Source: Bacillota bacterium (GTDB lineage: Bacteria > Bacillota_I > Bacilli_A > RFN20 > CAG-826). From it: a DNA stretch of 24,245 bases. The stretch lies in the NCBI GenBank assembly GCA_003512585.1, contig DOQE01000071.1, positions 1 through 24,245 on the forward strand. The letters are read 5' to 3'. Made by a program: the position numbers and the translations under genes. Below are positions 7,853-17,342 of this stretch, one piece after another. Under the pieces are notes generated by a model, which made no database searches, was not told the origin of the DNA, and saw only the letters and a program-made list of their open reading frames with translations. Position 1 is the stretch's first letter, and each line of letters opens with the position of its first letter.

Positions 7853-10513
7853 ATGGCAGAAAAGAAATATGTTTATTCTTTCCAAGAAGCTCACGAAGCC
7901 CATTTAGGCAAAGATATTCTTGGTGGAAAAGGCAACGGTCTTGCTGAAATGACTGCTGCCGGGATCAACATCCCACAAGGTTTCACTATCACAACCGAAG
8001 CCTGCAATCTTTATTACGAATCTGGAAAGAAAATCCCAGATTTCGTCTGGGACGATATCGTCGCCCATGTTCATCAAGTTGAAAAAATTGACAACAAAGC
8101 CTTTGGAGGCGGAAAAGGTGTACCACTATTAGTCTCCGTTAGATCTGGTGCCCGTATGTCAATGCCAGGCATGATGGATACAATCCTTAACCTTGGTTTA
8201 AATGATGAAACTGTTGAAGAATTAGTCAAAGCTACTGGCAATGAAAGATTTGCCTGGGATTCCTATCGCCGTTTCATTTTGATGTTTACAAACATTGCCA
8301 AAGGACATCCACGTACCGAAATGGATGCCATGCTTGACAAAATCAAAGAAGAAAATCACTACAAACTCGATACCGAAGTCACGGTTCCGCAATTAAAAGA
8401 ACTTGTCAAAGCCTACAAAGCCTATTACAAGAAGACTTTTGGCGAAGACTTCCCAACCGATCCATACACTCAACTTAAGGAAGCTGTCGCTGCAGTCTTC
8501 CGCAGCTGGGACAATCCACGTGCCAACGTTTATCGTCAAATGAACGGCATCCCATATGAATGGGGAACTGCTGTCAACGTTCAAACAATGGTCTTTGGAA
8601 ACATGGGCGAAGATTCTGGGACCGGAGTTGCTTTCTCCCGCAACCCATCTACAGGCGAAAAGAAAATTTATGCCGAATTCTTGCCAAATGCCCAAGGTGA
8701 AGATGTAGTTGCTGGTGTCCGCACGCCACTCCACATTGACGAATTAAAGAAGAGAATGCCAGAAGTCTATGAACAATTCATGGCCACCATCAAGAGAATG
8801 GAAAATTACTTCCATGATATGCAAGACATGGAATATACCATCGAAAAAGGCAAACTCTATTTCTTGCAAACACGTAACGGAAAACGTACCGCTCGCGCCG
8901 CTTTAAAGATTGCTTGCGATTTAGTTGACGAAGGATTAATCGATGAAAAGGAAGCTTGCTTAAGAGTCGAGCCAAAGCAACTTAACGATTTGCTCCACCC
9001 AACATTTGATGCCGCCGATTTAAAGAAGCACACCCCAGTATTAAAAGGACTCCCGGCTTCTCCAGGCGCAGGAACAGGCCATATTGTTTTCACCGCCGAA
9101 GAATGCAAAGAATTGCACGATAAAGGAACCAAAGTCGTTCTTTGCCGTGCCGAAACTTCTCCAGAAGATATCATCGGTATGGTTAATTCCGAAGCCATCA
9201 TCACCGCTAGAGGCGGCATGACAAGCCACGCCGCCGTTGTTGCTCGTTCAATGGGTAAATGCTGCGTTGCCGGATGCACCGATGCCATTATTAACGAAGA
9301 AGCCAAGACCATGACCATTGGTGAAAAAGTCTACCACGAAGGCGACGTCGTCTCCGTTGATGGATCCACTGGTTTAGTCTATGAAGGCGAAATCAACATG
9401 GTTCCAGCTGACTTAGGCGGAGACTTCGGACGTATGATGGGATGGGCCGATAAGTATCGTAGATTAAAAATCCGCGCAAACTGCAACACCCCACTAGATG
9501 CCGATAACGCTCATAAATTTGGTGCTGAAGGTATTGGCTTGTGCCGTACCGAACGTATGTTCTTTGCCGATGACCGTATCCTAAATATGCGTTCCATGAT
9601 TCTTTCTGAAACAACCGAGCAACGTGAAGCTGCCCTTGAAAGAATTCGTCCATATCAAGTCGATGACTTCTACCATATGTATATGTCTGCACCAGACGAT
9701 ATGGTTTGCATCCGTTTATTGGATCCACCACTACATGAATTCCTCCCAACAATCGACGATGAAAAGAACATCAAAGACCTTGCCGAGAAATTAAATGTTT
9801 CCGAACAAAAAGTTCGCGATCGTATCAATCAATTACACCAAGCCAACCCAATGATGGGCTTCCGTGGTGTCCGTCTATGCGTTGCCTACCCAGAAATCTA
9901 TCGCATGCAAGCAACAGCCATCATCCAAGCTGCCATAAAAGCAAGCAAGGAACTTGGCAAGGATGTTGAACCTGAAATCATGATTCCTCTAACCGGCGAA
10001 TTAAAAGAATTCAAGTTCGCAAAGAATGTTGTTGTTGAAGCCGTCGAAAACGAAATGAAGAAGGAAGGCAAGAAGCTAACCTATCATGTCGGTACGATGA
10101 TTGAAATCCCAAGAGGCGCTTTACAAGCCGGCAATATTGCCAAAGAAGCTGAATTCTTTAGCTTTGGTACCAACGACCTCACCCAATTGACCATGGGATT
10201 CTCTCGTGACGATTCTGGACAATTCTTACCATATTATTATGACAAGAAGATCTATGAATTCGATCCGTTCCAAACTATCGACGTCGAAGGGGTTGGCGAA
10301 TTAGTCAAAATTGCGTTCGAACGTGGACGTGCCACAAGAAAAGACTTAACGGTTGGTGTTTGTGGCGAAACCGGTGGTGATGCTGCCTCCATCATGTTCT
10401 ATGATGCTGTCGGACTAAACTATGTCTCTTGCTCACCATTCCGTGTACCTCTAGCTAGACTAGCCGCCGCTCAAGCTAACATCATTCACGAAAGAGAAAA
10501 AGAAGCTAAATAA
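7853..10513 (+). CDS. ppdK: Pyruvate, phosphate dikinase
   Basis: 886 aa; LGGKGNGLAEM, LLVSVRSGA..SMPGMMDT, QGEDVVAG, phospho-His motif GGMTSHAAVVAR, EFFSFGTNDLTQ, catalytic Cys in GVCGE; strong RBS TAGGAGGA at 7841-7848. Confidence 0.98.
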   Translation: MAEKKYVYSFQEAHEAHLGKDILGGKGNGLAEMTAAGINIPQGFTITTEACNLYYESGKKIPDFVWDDIVAHVHQVEKIDNKAFGGGKGVPLLVSVRSGARMSMPGMMDTILNLGLNDETVEELVKATGNERFAWDSYRRFILMFTNIAKGHPRTEMDAMLDKIKEENHYKLDTEVTVPQLKELVKAYKAYYKKTFGEDFPTDPYTQLKEAVAAVFRSWDNPRANVYRQMNGIPYEWGTAVNVQTMVFGNMGEDSGTGVAFSRNPSTGEKKIYAEFLPNAQGEDVVAGVRTPLHIDELKKRMPEVYEQFMATIKRMENYFHDMQDMEYTIEKGKLYFLQTRNGKRTARAALKIACDLVDEGLIDEKEACLRVEPKQLNDLLHPTFDAADLKKHTPVLKGLPASPGAGTGHIVFTAEECKELHDKGTKVVLCRAETSPEDIIGMVNSEAIITARGGMTSHAAVVARSMGKCCVAGCTDAIINEEAKTMTIGEKVYHEGDVVSVDGSTGLVYEGEINMVPADLGGDFGRMMGWADKYRRLKIRANCNTPLDADNAHKFGAEGIGLCRTERMFFADDRILNMRSMILSETTEQREAALERIRPYQVDDFYHMYMSAPDDMVCIRLLDPPLHEFLPTIDDEKNIKDLAEKLNVSEQKVRDRINQLHQANPMMGFRGVRLCVAYPEIYRMQATAIIQAAIKASKELGKDVEPEIMIPLTGELKEFKFAKNVVVEAVENEMKKEGKKLTYHVGTMIEIPRGALQAGNIAKEAEFFSFGTNDLTQLTMGFSRDDSGQFLPYYYDKKIYEFDPFQTIDVEGVGELVKIAFERGRATRKDLTVGVCGETGGDAASIMFYDAVGLNYVSCSPFRVPLARLAAAQANIIHEREKEAK

Positions 10514-10532
10514 GCTTTGTTTCTTAGATAGC

Positions 10533-10565
10533 AAAAAAGGATTGCCGCAAGACAATCCTTTTTTT
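10533..10565. terminator. Bidirectional rho-independent terminator (ppdK / GH20)
   Basis: AAAAAAGGATTG-CCGCAAGA-CAATCCTTTTTTT: 12-bp stem including A/T tails on both sides. Confidence 0.9.
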
Positions 10566-10630
10566 CATATTTGCTATGTATTTTTTTCTTAAAAAACCTT
10601 TAAAAATAATTACCGCCGCTTCAATAAATA

Positions 10631-12247
10631 TTACAAATCGTTAACAGTCGCGTTTTCATTATACATATTGAAATAAATGGGCTCATCCTTGTTTTCATCA
10701 ATAGGCAATATTTCTTCTTCTAATTCAGATATTGAAGAAACTTCGCCATCTAAATATTCTTTTAAAACAGTTTTTGTTTCGATTAGTCTTTCTCTTAAGC
10801 CGCCAAGACGAATTTGTTGAACTTCCAATCCGCTTCGATTGTTTTCTTTTAACCACCTATTTCGACAATGTTTGGAAAACTCATCTAGCCTAATTATTGT
10901 TTCATCAATCAAAGGCAAATAAGTGGATAGAGCTTTTTTATCATTGGCTTTGTAAGATTCACGTATGTGGGCCCCTAACGTGGCTTTTAGTGCAAGCAAA
11001 TGGCATAACGAAGATAAATAATCAAACAAATAGGCATATTCTTTATTTCTTTGGCCTGCCTGTTTCAATTTTATTGCATGTTCTTCGAATAGTTTTTCGT
11101 CTTTGTAATTGCTCTTGCAATCAAAGTAGCCTTGTAAAGGATCATTAAACAATAAATATTTGCATGGATTAATCAATAAATGATCTCTGCCTTTGGCTTT
11201 GCTAGTTAAATAATTAGGCAATTCAAGCAATTTAAAATCATCGTAATTTAATCCTAAGATATTATGAAAATCTTGCTTTATTTGATTTATATCAGTAATG
11301 CCATTAGCAACTTCTTTCGCATAAAAAATAGTAGTAAGGGAAGAAAAAATAGAACATTCCGCCCCGTTATCCCCCCAAGCAGTCATGATAATATTTTTAA
11401 TTCCATTATCAATGGAAGTAGAAATCCCTGCCAAAGTATTTGTCTCTCCATGGCTTAAAAGAGGGGCAAAGCCATTCCAAGTCCAAACACCTCCTGCAAA
11501 ATACAAATCATTTGGATTGATTTGTTTATGGATATTTATCATGGCTTCATAGGTTTCCCTATCCGGATGATAATAATCCCAATAAACCAGGCTTACATCT
11601 TGTGGGACCTTTTTAATTTTTTCTTTTGATATTTTGGCGTTTAAATCATAATATTCCCCGCCGGAAACAAGTCTAAAAAACATATCGGACCATATCATTG
11701 GTTTAAAGCCATGCTTAATGGCAATTTCTTTTACTTTATTAAGGTGCCTAATAAAAATATCACTTCTATCTTCAAAGCCATGTATATCTTTAAATTTGCC
11801 TAGTCCAAGCATATGGGCTTCATCGCAGCCAATATGGACTCTTCTAGAAATAAATTCTTTTTCCAAAGAGGAAAACATATCGTCAATCAATGCATATGTT
11901 CTATCATCATCGACTAAAAGTATGTCATCAATATCATTGATTTGCCTATATTTTTCATGACGAAATATGCAATTTAAATGAGCGAGAGTTTGAATGCATG
12001 GAACGACTTCTATCCCGTTTTCTTCTCCAAACCTAGAGATCTCTATAAGTTGATCCTTACTATACCTTCCACGTAGATAACCAAAGTATGGTTGATTAAC
12101 GACTTCATAAGTGTCTTCTGTATAAAGCATTAAGGACGTGTATCCAATTTTCTTTAAAATAAGAATTAATTTTTTTATGGAATTTACAGTTAAAGTTGCA
12201 TTTCTAGAACAATCCACCATTAAAGAAAGAAAATCATAATTTTTCAT
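10631..12247 (-). CDS. GH20 beta-N-acetylhexosaminidase (GcnA-like), no signal peptide
   Basis: LMVDCSRN, LYTEDTY, PCIQTLAH, catalytic HIGCDEA, WSDM, YWDYY, TAWGDNG. Confidence 0.9.
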   Translation of the reverse strand: MKNYDFLSLMVDCSRNATLTVNSIKKLILILKKIGYTSLMLYTEDTYEVVNQPYFGYLRGRYSKDQLIEISRFGEENGIEVVPCIQTLAHLNCIFRHEKYRQINDIDDILLVDDDRTYALIDDMFSSLEKEFISRRVHIGCDEAHMLGLGKFKDIHGFEDRSDIFIRHLNKVKEIAIKHGFKPMIWSDMFFRLVSGGEYYDLNAKISKEKIKKVPQDVSLVYWDYYHPDRETYEAMINIHKQINPNDLYFAGGVWTWNGFAPLLSHGETNTLAGISTSIDNGIKNIIMTAWGDNGAECSIFSSLTTIFYAKEVANGITDINQIKQDFHNILGLNYDDFKLLELPNYLTSKAKGRDHLLINPCKYLLFNDPLQGYFDCKSNYKDEKLFEEHAIKLKQAGQRNKEYAYLFDYLSSLCHLLALKATLGAHIRESYKANDKKALSTYLPLIDETIIRLDEFSKHCRNRWLKENNRSGLEVQQIRLGGLRERLIETKTVLKEYLDGEVSSISELEEEILPIDENKDEPIYFNMYNENATVNDL

Positions 12248-12285
12248 ATTTTATATATCCTTCATACCATTCTAAAATTCTATAT

Positions 12286-14202
12286 TTACTTTAGCAATCC
12301 GAATCTAGAAAAATAAAAAATCGGCATAGATGACCAACCATGGCATAAACTACCCGCATTATCAAAATCTTTATAGCCTAATTCGGTTTCATAAAATGTT
12401 GTTGCCCCTTCATCTAGCATTTTTCCATACACCTTTTTTATATCTTTTAAAATGTATTCCTTATACAAGGGGGAAACCTTTAATAAGGCATCATAAAGAA
12501 ATGGTTTCGTAACTAATGTTGCTTTGACAAACAAAGTATTTTCATTCGTCAATTCTTTGGCAATAAACTTAGATTCATCATCGTTAGAATATCCAGCCAG
12601 AATTGCTAAAGCATTCCCATACTGGCTTAACAGTTCATTATCTTTTGACATTTTAAAATAGCCATTAAAGAAGAATTCTTTTCTAGCGGCTTTTTTATTC
12701 TCTTCAAAAATATATTCTAGATTTGTTTGCTTACCTATAGACTTAGAAATAGCAATAAACGACCTTAAGGAAATTACAAATAGACAATTCAAAATCAAAT
12801 CCGCTTTTTTAACTTGCTTTTGCATCAGCCCACCATCAAGTCCGTTACTCCATTCGTAAAAATTCCAAGTGCCTTGTTTATCAAAAGTATAAACAAGGCC
12901 ATCTTTATAATTAGATAAAAACGCCTCTAAAATGTCTTTTAATTTAGGATAAATACTTCTAACAAACTCTAAATCATTCGTCTTTTTTAAATAGAATTCT
13001 ACTGTTTGGAAATAGAACAAAGAAAAAGAAGGTATAGTTAAATTAGACGAACTAGGGGAACAAATAGAAAGAAGTTTATCTTTTCTAAAATCCTGGCTAA
13101 TTAATTTTAAAGAAGATTTAATTTGTTCATTATTTTCAAAACAAACCGAGCCGGCCAAGGCCTGCATTAATGAATCCATTGTATATAAGCATTGCTCTCT
13201 CCACGGGCAATCCTCGTAATGCTCGTGGTAGCAGCACCATAAAGTATAAACACACGTATCGTATATTTTTTTAACTAACGGGTCTTCGATTTTATATTTT
13301 ATTTCCTCGAAGGGATACCTAACTTCATTTATCCCAAAATAGAAGATATCTATATCGTCTTGGCAAAATATTTCCATATAGCGAAGGCCTATTCTTCTAA
13401 AAGTATCTAAAAATTTATTTTGACCCGGTTTAGCTATATAATCGATAGAAAAATCTCTGCTACCTATTTTATAAACTAAACTATTGTTTTCTTTATGCTC
13501 GGCATAAGTAATTAGGATATGTTGCTTCGTTTTAGAAACAAATTCCAAATCCAGATGTCCAACCACTTCTTTTGAAAAATCTATTAAATAATGCCCAGTT
13601 CCAATTTTTCTTATTTGGTTAATGGCTCTGCCAGCATGAAAACATTTTTTATTAGTTCTTAATTCAATTTCTCCATAATCCGCAACTAAAAAAGACTTAT
13701 GCAAGGAAGATAAATCATCTTCTTTATTCGCATCAAAAAAATATGAATATCCTAGCTGAGGAGAAATTTCTTTTTCTTTATGGGATAAATAAGAAGCATT
13801 TGGAATGGATAATACTTCCTCATCACTCCCTAAAAGGATTTCAAAAGAAGAAGAAACAAAAGCAAATTTTAGCCTAGAAGGACCCTTGCAATAGGAAGAA
13901 AAAGTATCCGCACCAAAATAGTAAACAATTATCTTAACGACATTTTTTTCATCTTTCTTGCATTTAACTTTTACCAAATCTGCGATTGGATGATCAGGGT
14001 AAGAAGGACTAATTCCAAAATAAACCAAACTATTATTTAAATAAACCGCGCAATCAGAATCACAAACAATCAGTAACGATATCTCTTCCTCGCTAGAATA
14101 AAAGGAAGAATAATAAGAATAATATTCATCTTTTTTTGAAGTAGTATTCTCACATATCCATTTAACGCCATTTAATATTTGAATTGCTTTTGTTTCGTCC
14201 AT
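12286..14202 (-). CDS. GH78-like (alpha-L-rhamnosidase-related) glycoside hydrolase, no signal peptide
   Basis: HYEDCPWREQCLYTMDS catalytic-region motif, FYEWS, C-terminal GATTFYE...SLCHGWSS; AGGAG RBS. Confidence 0.82.
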   Translation of the reverse strand: MDETKAIQILNGVKWICENTTSKKDEYYSYYSSFYSSEEEISLLIVCDSDCAVYLNNSLVYFGISPSYPDHPIADLVKVKCKKDEKNVVKIIVYYFGADTFSSYCKGPSRLKFAFVSSSFEILLGSDEEVLSIPNASYLSHKEKEISPQLGYSYFFDANKEDDLSSLHKSFLVADYGEIELRTNKKCFHAGRAINQIRKIGTGHYLIDFSKEVVGHLDLEFVSKTKQHILITYAEHKENNSLVYKIGSRDFSIDYIAKPGQNKFLDTFRRIGLRYMEIFCQDDIDIFYFGINEVRYPFEEIKYKIEDPLVKKIYDTCVYTLWCCYHEHYEDCPWREQCLYTMDSLMQALAGSVCFENNEQIKSSLKLISQDFRKDKLLSICSPSSSNLTIPSFSLFYFQTVEFYLKKTNDLEFVRSIYPKLKDILEAFLSNYKDGLVYTFDKQGTWNFYEWSNGLDGGLMQKQVKKADLILNCLFVISLRSFIAISKSIGKQTNLEYIFEENKKAARKEFFFNGYFKMSKDNELLSQYGNALAILAGYSNDDESKFIAKELTNENTLFVKATLVTKPFLYDALLKVSPLYKEYILKDIKKVYGKMLDEGATTFYETELGYKDFDNAGSLCHGWSSMPIFYFSRFGLLK

Positions 14203-14311
14203 AACTATTTTCTTTCTCCTAATAATAAATACAAAAGAAAAGGAAAGGCAAAATTAATATAATTTTCCGCGAATATCCGATAAAAAATGGTTAAAAGAAA
14301 TAAAATCAGAA

Positions 14312-15673
14312 CTATTTCTTAAAATAATTCTCTTTATTAATTTGTCTTTCTCTAGCAATGGACAAACTAGAAGAAGGGACATCTTTTGTAATGACGCTTC
14401 CAGCTGCAACAAAGGAATCCTTGCCAAGAGTAAGAGGCGCTACCAAAGTAGAAGAGCAGCCTACGAAAGTATTTTCTTCAATAAGAGTCTTATGCTTTTC
14501 TTTTCCATCAAAATTAGCGGTTATAACACTAGCGCCAATATTAACGTTTCCTTTAATTTCGGCGTCTCCTAAATATGAAAGATGGCAACACTTTGAAGAG
14601 GGGCCTAAAGTAGTATTCTTCAATTCGTTAAAGTTCCCGATGACGGCTCCATCTTCTATTTTAGAATTATTCCTAATATTGGAATAAGGACCAATCTTTA
14701 CCCTGTTTCCAATTGTAGAGTCTTTTATATTCGAGAATATAATCTCGTTATCATTCTCAATAATTGCATTTTCTAAATATGTTGATGGTCCAATTATGTT
14801 CCCTTCACCTATTTTGCTGCCTTTTAAAATATGCGTATTTGGACGAATGGTACAATCTACCCCCACGCTAGAATCAGGAGAAATATAAGTCGAATCAGGA
14901 TCTTCGATTGTAACGCCTGAAAGCATGAGGTTTTTATTTATTCTTTGTTGTATCTTTTTTGCAGCAATAGAAAGATGATATCTATCATTAACTCCCATTG
15001 TTTCGTCTACATCAGTAATAGAAAAAGAGCAAACACGCTTCCCATCATTAACAAACATGCCAATGACATCAGTTAAGTAATATTCGCCAGCCGCATTATT
15101 GGGAGTAAGTCTTTCAAGATCTTTAAATAGCTCTTCATTATCAAAGACATAAACCCCTGCATTAACTTCTTTAATTAAAGCTTCTTCTTCGCTGCAGTCT
15201 TTTTGCTCTACTATCTTTATGACTTTGCCGTTTTCTTTAACGATTCTTCCATATCCTTTTGGATTATCCATTATGGAAGTCAAAATTGTTAAATCATTGT
15301 TATTTTCTTCATGCTCTTTTAATAAAGAAGAAAGGGTTTCGCAAGTTAATAAAGGAGTATCTCCGCAACAAATAATGGTCTCTCCTTTTTTATCCTTTAA
15401 TAAAGCAGAGGTCATCATTACGGCGTGCCCTGTTCCTTTTTGCTCTTTTTGCCAAACAACTTTTGAAGTAGGGGTTACTATTTCTTCCGTCATTTTCCCA
15501 CCAAAACCAACTATTGTCACAATTTCATTGAATCCAAGCGGCCTTAATGCTTCTAAAACATATTTAACCATTGGCCTGCCAAGAATCGGGAAAGACACTT
15601 TTGACATTTCGTCACGCTTGCTTTTCATTCTTGTGCCTTTGCCAGCAGCCATAATAATCGCGTATTTATTCAT
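14312..15673 (-). CDS. glmU: Bifunctional UDP-GlcNAc pyrophosphorylase / GlcN-1-P acetyltransferase
   Basis: IMAAGKGTRMKS, QKGTGHAV, GDTPL, GYGRI, GEYYLTD, GVNDR, hexapeptide repeats, HLSYLGDA. Confidence 0.97.
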   Translation of the reverse strand: MNKYAIIMAAGKGTRMKSKRDEMSKVSFPILGRPMVKYVLEALRPLGFNEIVTIVGFGGKMTEEIVTPTSKVVWQKEQKGTGHAVMMTSALLKDKKGETIICCGDTPLLTCETLSSLLKEHEENNNDLTILTSIMDNPKGYGRIVKENGKVIKIVEQKDCSEEEALIKEVNAGVYVFDNEELFKDLERLTPNNAAGEYYLTDVIGMFVNDGKRVCSFSITDVDETMGVNDRYHLSIAAKKIQQRINKNLMLSGVTIEDPDSTYISPDSSVGVDCTIRPNTHILKGSKIGEGNIIGPSTYLENAIIENDNEIIFSNIKDSTIGNRVKIGPYSNIRNNSKIEDGAVIGNFNELKNTTLGPSSKCCHLSYLGDAEIKGNVNIGASVITANFDGKEKHKTLIEENTFVGCSSTLVAPLTLGKDSFVAAGSVITKDVPSSSLSIARERQINKENYFKK

Positions 15674-15686
15674 AATAATTCTCCTT

Positions 15687-16529
15687 TTATAAAGTTTTTG
15701 TCAAAACGGAAATATATCCTTTCTTTTCGTATTTCCGTTGGGCTTCTTTGCATTTTTTTAAATCGGTAGATAAGGCAAATAAACTAGACCCAGACCCTGA
15801 CATTGATACTATTTTAAACCCATCGCCTATTAAAGACGAATAAATATCGCCTACTACAGGCAATAAAGATACGGCAGGCTTCATTAAATCATTGCCAATA
15901 CTTTTGGCAATTAAATCATCATCGCCCTCATTTAAACCTTTTATAACGTTATTTGTATCGACCCTAACATTAGAAAAAGAAGAGAAATGTTCATAGACTT
16001 CTTTTGTTGAAAGACCTTCTTCTGGTTTAACTATTAAAACAAAATATTTTTTCTTAATGTTAATAGGCGAGTCTATTTCTCCAATTCCGCCAACTCTAGA
16101 TGGGCGATTATGAATAAAAAATGGTACGTCCGCGCCTATCTTTAAGCCAATGGCACATAATTCTTCCATGCTAGCATTTAGCTTTAGCATTTTATTTAAA
16201 GTCAATAAAACGGCCGCGGCGTTGCTGCTCCCTCCGCCTAGTCCAGCCGCAAAAGGGATTTCTTTATGGATATGAATCATAAAGTTATCCTTGAATTGAT
16301 ATACTTCTCTTAATGCATCAACGGCTTTTTTACATAAATTGGCTTTTAAACCCATCAAACGAAGATCGTCGCAAGTTATATAGGTATCGTTACCAAATAT
16401 TTTATTTATTTCGATGACGTCATGAAGTTCTAACGGTAAATTAACCATATCCAGTTCATGATATCCGTTTTCTAGAGTTTTTATTATCTTTAAAGAAAGA
16501 TTAATTTTTGCATACGACTTTATGTCCAT
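15687..16529 (-). CDS. ispE: 4-diphosphocytidyl-2-C-methyl-D-erythritol kinase
   Basis: AKINLSL..GYHEL, KEIPFAAGLGGGSSNAA, GADVPFF, MSGSGS. Confidence 0.96.
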   Translation of the reverse strand: MDIKSYAKINLSLKIIKTLENGYHELDMVNLPLELHDVIEINKIFGNDTYITCDDLRLMGLKANLCKKAVDALREVYQFKDNFMIHIHKEIPFAAGLGGGSSNAAAVLLTLNKMLKLNASMEELCAIGLKIGADVPFFIHNRPSRVGGIGEIDSPINIKKKYFVLIVKPEEGLSTKEVYEHFSSFSNVRVDTNNVIKGLNEGDDDLIAKSIGNDLMKPAVSLLPVVGDIYSSLIGDGFKIVSMSGSGSSLFALSTDLKKCKEAQRKYEKKGYISVLTKTL

Positions 16530-16538
16530 ATTATTTTC

Positions 16539-17342
16539 CTAGCATTTTATTAGTTTGGTCAAAATCAAGTATTGCTCAGGGGTAATTTCTTCTGGGCGTT
16601 TATTTAAATCTATACTTGCTCTTTCTAATATTTCTTTTGCCTTTAATTCATCGTGAAGAAGATTTTTTAAATTGTTATAAATAGTTTTCCTCCGCTTTAA
16701 AAATAGCGACTGAGATAGTTTAAACGCTTTGAAACTATTTTCATCATGTTTTTTATTAAATTCTATAAGAATAACACTAGAATCGACGTGAGGTTCTGGA
16801 ACAAAGCAATGACGACTGACATTAAATACCCTTTTACTTTTCGTAGCTAATGATAAATACACATTTAAAGGGGAATAATCTTTAGTATTAGTAGGAGCCA
16901 TTATTCTATCAGCGGCTTCTTTTTGAATCATAAAAACCATCTTTGATGCATTTTTTGCTCCAATCAAGGTTTTTTCAATAATTGAAGAAGTGATGTAATA
17001 AGGAAGATTGCCAACTATTTTATTATAAGGGGAATAATCAAATTTCATGGCGTTCCCATATTGGACATTTAAATAATCATTTTCTTTAAAATCTGTTTGC
17101 AGTTTGCATAGCAAAGATTCATCAATGTCAATCAAGGTAGCTTTTGCAGGCCCGAAAGAAAGAAAATAACTAAGCGAACCGGCTCCACACCCTATCTCTA
17201 ATACATTATCCGATTCATTTAGCTCTAATAAAGAAACTATTTTTTCTGCAATATCGGGAGCAATTAAAAAATTTTGTCCTACTTCTTTTTTTGCCAAAAA
17301 CTTTAATTCCTTAATAGAAGAAAAATATTTACTTACATCCAT
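16539..17342 (-). CDS. rsmA: 16S rRNA m6,2A dimethyltransferase KsgA/RsmA
   Basis: KKEVGQNFL, LEIGCGAGSL, VGNLPYYITS, FVPEPHVDS, RRKTIYN. Confidence 0.96.
   Translation of the reverse strand: MDVSKYFSSIKELKFLAKKEVGQNFLIAPDIAEKIVSLLELNESDNVLEIGCGAGSLSYFLSFGPAKATLIDIDESLLCKLQTDFKENDYLNVQYGNAMKFDYSPYNKIVGNLPYYITSSIIEKTLIGAKNASKMVFMIQKEAADRIMAPTNTKDYSPLNVYLSLATKSKRVFNVSRHCFVPEPHVDSSVILIEFNKKHDENSFKAFKLSQSLFLKRRKTIYNNLKNLLHDELKAKEILERASIDLNKRPEEITPEQYLILTKLIKC

Noticed and set aside
8393..9752. Five antisense ORFs within ppdK
   Set aside because: Expected by-product of the strong codon bias and higher GC of ppdK; no protein-like motifs.
10897..12512. Short + strand ORFs opposite the GH20 and GH78-like genes
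   Set aside because: Antisense shadows with no supporting signals.
14342..15692. + strand ORFs opposite glmU (up to 157 aa)
   Set aside because: Antisense shadows of a conserved core gene.
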